Source: Deltaproteobacteria bacterium HGW-Deltaproteobacteria-13 (GTDB lineage Bacteria; Desulfobacterota; Syntrophia; Syntrophales; Smithellaceae). From it: a stretch of 64,000 nucleotides of DNA. Both the position numbers and the translations under genes were made by a program. The notes beneath the pieces were generated by a model, which worked only from the letters and a program-made list of their open reading frames with translations, searched no databases and was not told the DNA's origin. The stretch spans positions 64,412 through 128,411 of the forward strand of contig PHBJ01000003.1 of the NCBI GenBank assembly GCA_002840555.1, given 5' to 3'. Shown here one piece after another: positions 63,467 through 64,000 of the stretch; the stretch's first letter is position 1, and every line of letters begins with the position of its first letter.

Positions 63467-64000
63467 TTATTTTGCCGAGCTTACTCTTAAATTGGTTTTT
63501 AAAAAATCACCCATGATCTTAACTAATTTTTGAAATGGTTCCCCCACGTACGGATCAAAGTGTCCCATGGGCATACTGATATAGGTAGCCTTTTTCATTT
63601 TGTCAGCCATCTTCTTCGGTCCTTTCGGTGGGAATAGCGTATCCTTTTCCGCTCCGATAATGAGGGCCGGACAAGCAACCTTATTTGCACGGCTTATTGG
63701 TCTATAGAACGTTAGTGTAAAGACAATATTACCGGGACAGAAGTTAGTTGATTCAAAATCCTTTTCATCGCTTATTCCAGTCAGTTTGAGTACCCCCTGC
63801 ATAGAATCCGGTTTGCTCATCATGGCAAACGCCTCACCGGGCCTGCCTGCAATACGTACATTATGACGATGTTTCGTGAAGAGGGAAACGAGTATATCCG
63901 CTACTCCGTGGTATGTCCCTTTCAGGGCAAACATCGGGTCGTCCAGGATATAATTATTCCACGCAGTTGATATTCCATCTGTAAACGGAACCTGAGCGAC
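63467..64000 (-). CDS. Alpha/beta hydrolase, C-terminal part (5' end outside the window)
   Basis: The frame stays open to nt 64000 upstream of the first ATG. ALIIGAEKDTLFP...MPMGHFDPY is a typical catalytic Asp/His tail. Confidence 0.6.
   Translation of the reverse strand, partial: VAQVPFTDGISTAWNNYILDDPMFALKGTYHGVADILVSLFTKHRHNVRIAGRPGEAFAMMSKPDSMQGVLKLTGISDEKDFESTNFCPGNIVFTLTFYRPISRANKVACPALIIGAEKDTLFPPKGPKKMADKMKKATYISMPMGHFDPYVGEPFQKLVKIMGDFLKTNLRVSSAK

Overview
This 64-kb chromosomal window has gene content typical of an anaerobic, deltaproteobacterium-like organism; that taxonomic call is inference from gene content only. No rRNA, tRNA or CRISPR array was found.

Layout, left to right:
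- 1-4.8 kb: two-component / c-di-GMP signalling cluster.
- 4.8-10.1 kb: compact AddA/AddB-like helicase-nuclease pair.
- 10.1-15.3 kb: envelope and membrane proteins of unknown function.
- 15.4-23.4 kb: TetR-controlled region with CoA-transferases and a DUF3141-like protein.
- 23.4-31.9 kb: periplasmic respiratory module. It has two paralogous Tat flavoproteins, a hexahaem cytochrome, NrfD- and NrfC-like subunits and a dodecahaem cytochrome.
- 31.9-43 kb: housekeeping and accessory genes, including EF-G, a Vat/CatB-type acetyltransferase islet, cfa, csp, mgsA and a MoxR-VWA pair.
- 43.1-44.9 kb: REP-like hairpin cluster around a Y1 (RAYT-like) transposase, plus a Hint-domain gene fragment.
- 44.9-55.3 kb: amidase and a GntR/FadR-controlled acyl-CoA cluster.
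- 55.4-63.0 kb: AT-rich 7.6-kb cassette bracketed by 29-bp inverted repeats.

The cassette is the main candidate for an undescribed system. One arm is a tightly coupled six-gene operon. It encodes an ACP-like protein, an XRE regulator, an ImmA/IrrE protease, a thymidylate-synthase-fold enzyme, a DNA-base-hypermodification-family protein with a P-loop stub, and a radical SAM/SPASM enzyme. The convergent arm encodes a tandem YfbR-like HD phosphohydrolase and a GNAT-ASCH fusion.

All functional calls rest on motif recognition by eye. No database search was run.
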